Shown here one piece after another: positions 62,233-64,000 of a stretch of DNA of 64,000 nucleotides (position 1 is its first letter; each line of letters begins with the position of its first letter). This stretch comes from Phoronis australis (Eukaryota > Animalia > Phoronida): contig NMRA01000133.1 of the NCBI GenBank assembly GCA_002633005.1, positions 130,380-194,379 of the forward strand, given 5' to 3'. A model generated the notes under the pieces. That model was not told where the DNA came from and made no database searches. It saw only the letters and a program-made list of their open reading frames with translations. Both the position numbers and the translations under genes were made by a program.

Positions 62233-64000
62233 TGTATCAGACCGCCTGCAATTATTTTTTATACTGGTATTTTCTGTTATTTGGCATTTAGTTTTTCAGG
62301 AGATAATCTTTTGAAATATAATTTTCATATACACATAACATTTCAGGTTGCTGGTGATTTTTTTTTCAAAAACTGATGCCATTTTGAACAGTAAATTTAA
62401 ATAATGAAACAAATTTTCAATTATTTCAGTGATCTTTGTATTCTCACTGTCTCGGGTATTTGGAAAAAATTAGATGGAAACTGTTCCAGTAATCTTCATT
62501 GTGAACAGACCAGCTTTGGTCCCCTGTTCTCAACTGATAACAAACTATAACGGTTGATTCTAGGTTTTGCACATATTTATCAGTAATTCTAAGTTTATTT
62601 GGCGACTTGTCTAAAAATAGGGAGACGCCATTTTGAAAAAAATAACATATCAAAAGTTTTAAGTTATTTGGAGATTTATTTCTTGAGATGTACTACATTT
62701 TAAAAGATAACTACAAACATAAAGCAAATTTTCAGTGAGGAATATATTTTCACCCCAGCGAAACTGAACGTTTCTGTAATTTTTATACAGATTGAAGTTA
62801 TATTTATAATCTCTTCTATTCCTAGCAGTTTCACTTCAAGAGATGTAGAATGCTGTGAAAGCAGACACTGGAATTTTTGCATGAATGCGAAGCAAACTCT
62901 CCAAAACAGACGAGTTGCGATGGTAGCCTGGAAAGCGGCATCAAGTTGCGAGGAAATGCATTAAAATTCGAAGCCCTGTTGGATTACTCTTCTAGGTTCT
63001 CTGACGGCAACTTTCGCTGCCGTGGTTGAGTTTATAAAGTTTTTGACCAGAGCGGCAAATTTTCGGGAATCTGTGAAGAGACTATCAATTTCGTTACCTT
63101 GATCCTTAAAGTTAAAAGTTTTCAAAAACATTTCAGTTTCAAACGTTAAAAACACCTTCACGGCAGAAAACTGAACCTAATTTCGTAACCAAGTGATTTC
63201 TTTATAAATGGAAATGCTTGAAAATATGAAGAGTGTAATGTCGGAGTTCAACATACGGGGTAGAGTAATGGACTTAATTAGCTGTCTCGTGGCTACAAAA
63301 AATTACTCAAAATCAATTGTTCTCACAAAAAAATACACGGCAAATGTCACGCGTAAACTCACGAAGACTTGTTTATTTAGAGAGGTCCTACCGTTATTGA
63401 ACTCTATCCAGTTGTTTCAGATACTTGTGTAGCTTCCAAAGTATCTCATACTGTGCTCTTGTGCTTCTGTTTCACTGCATATTCGTGACGTCATGAAATA
63501 TGACGAACGTAAACCTCCCTGCTTTAATAGTAGACAGCTTGCAGCATTCATTTGGAATGGATAGATAACCTGTGTTCGAATTGAAGCGGTCAAAGTTTTG
63601 TAGCTGATGAGCCCCTGGTTTGATGTGCTTTTTGACTTGTAAATGTGCCGAATGCTTTCCATGACAGCCGACGCGAAAACAGTTTTAATAAAAATAAGGA
63701 ATATTTCGAGACTGGTATAGTTAAGTGGAGTCAAGTTTTGAAAAAGTGCTTAGATTTTTTTGTAGAAACTGTTTCGAAAACACAAGCAAGCATCTTAAAC
63801 TAAGCAATGCAACACAGCTGTCACCTTTACGGTCGGTACTACACCGCCTTTTGGACTTTCGAGAAGCCTACGATTTCCGATGGTCTTGTTGGTAACGGAA
63901 ACTGAATTCTGATCACGGTAACGAATATTATGACGCCGATTTTATGAGAGTTCAGGCTTTTGAATCCTATTTTCGTTTTTTAACCAGCCAAAGATGACGA

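Overview
AT-rich, intron-containing animal genomic DNA with one assembly gap (~24351-24755). It is probably a marine invertebrate; the protocadherin tail suggests a lophotrochozoan, which is an inference. Two spliced + strand genes can be reconstructed by hand. (1) The last five coding exons of NAXD/CARKD (ATP-dependent NAD(P)HX dehydratase) at 1-42, 407-511, 5580-5700, 7347-7467 and 11047-11209; the ORF track shows only pieces of these. (2) A complete non-clustered delta-like protocadherin of about 1197 aa with 7 cadherin repeats, at 47893-50607, 57660-57770, 58654-58798 and 60088-60710. The rest is intron or intergenic DNA carrying several MITE families (TA- and TTAA-flanked), tRNA-derived elements, LINE scraps and tandem repeats, some of which grew inside MITEs. 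The most unexpected signal is a frameshifted superfamily-3 helicase fossil on the minus strand at ~29975-31250, with motifs resembling both parvovirus NS1 and papillomavirus E1. It is probably an endogenous viral element. All homology calls come from motif recognition by eye; no searches were run.
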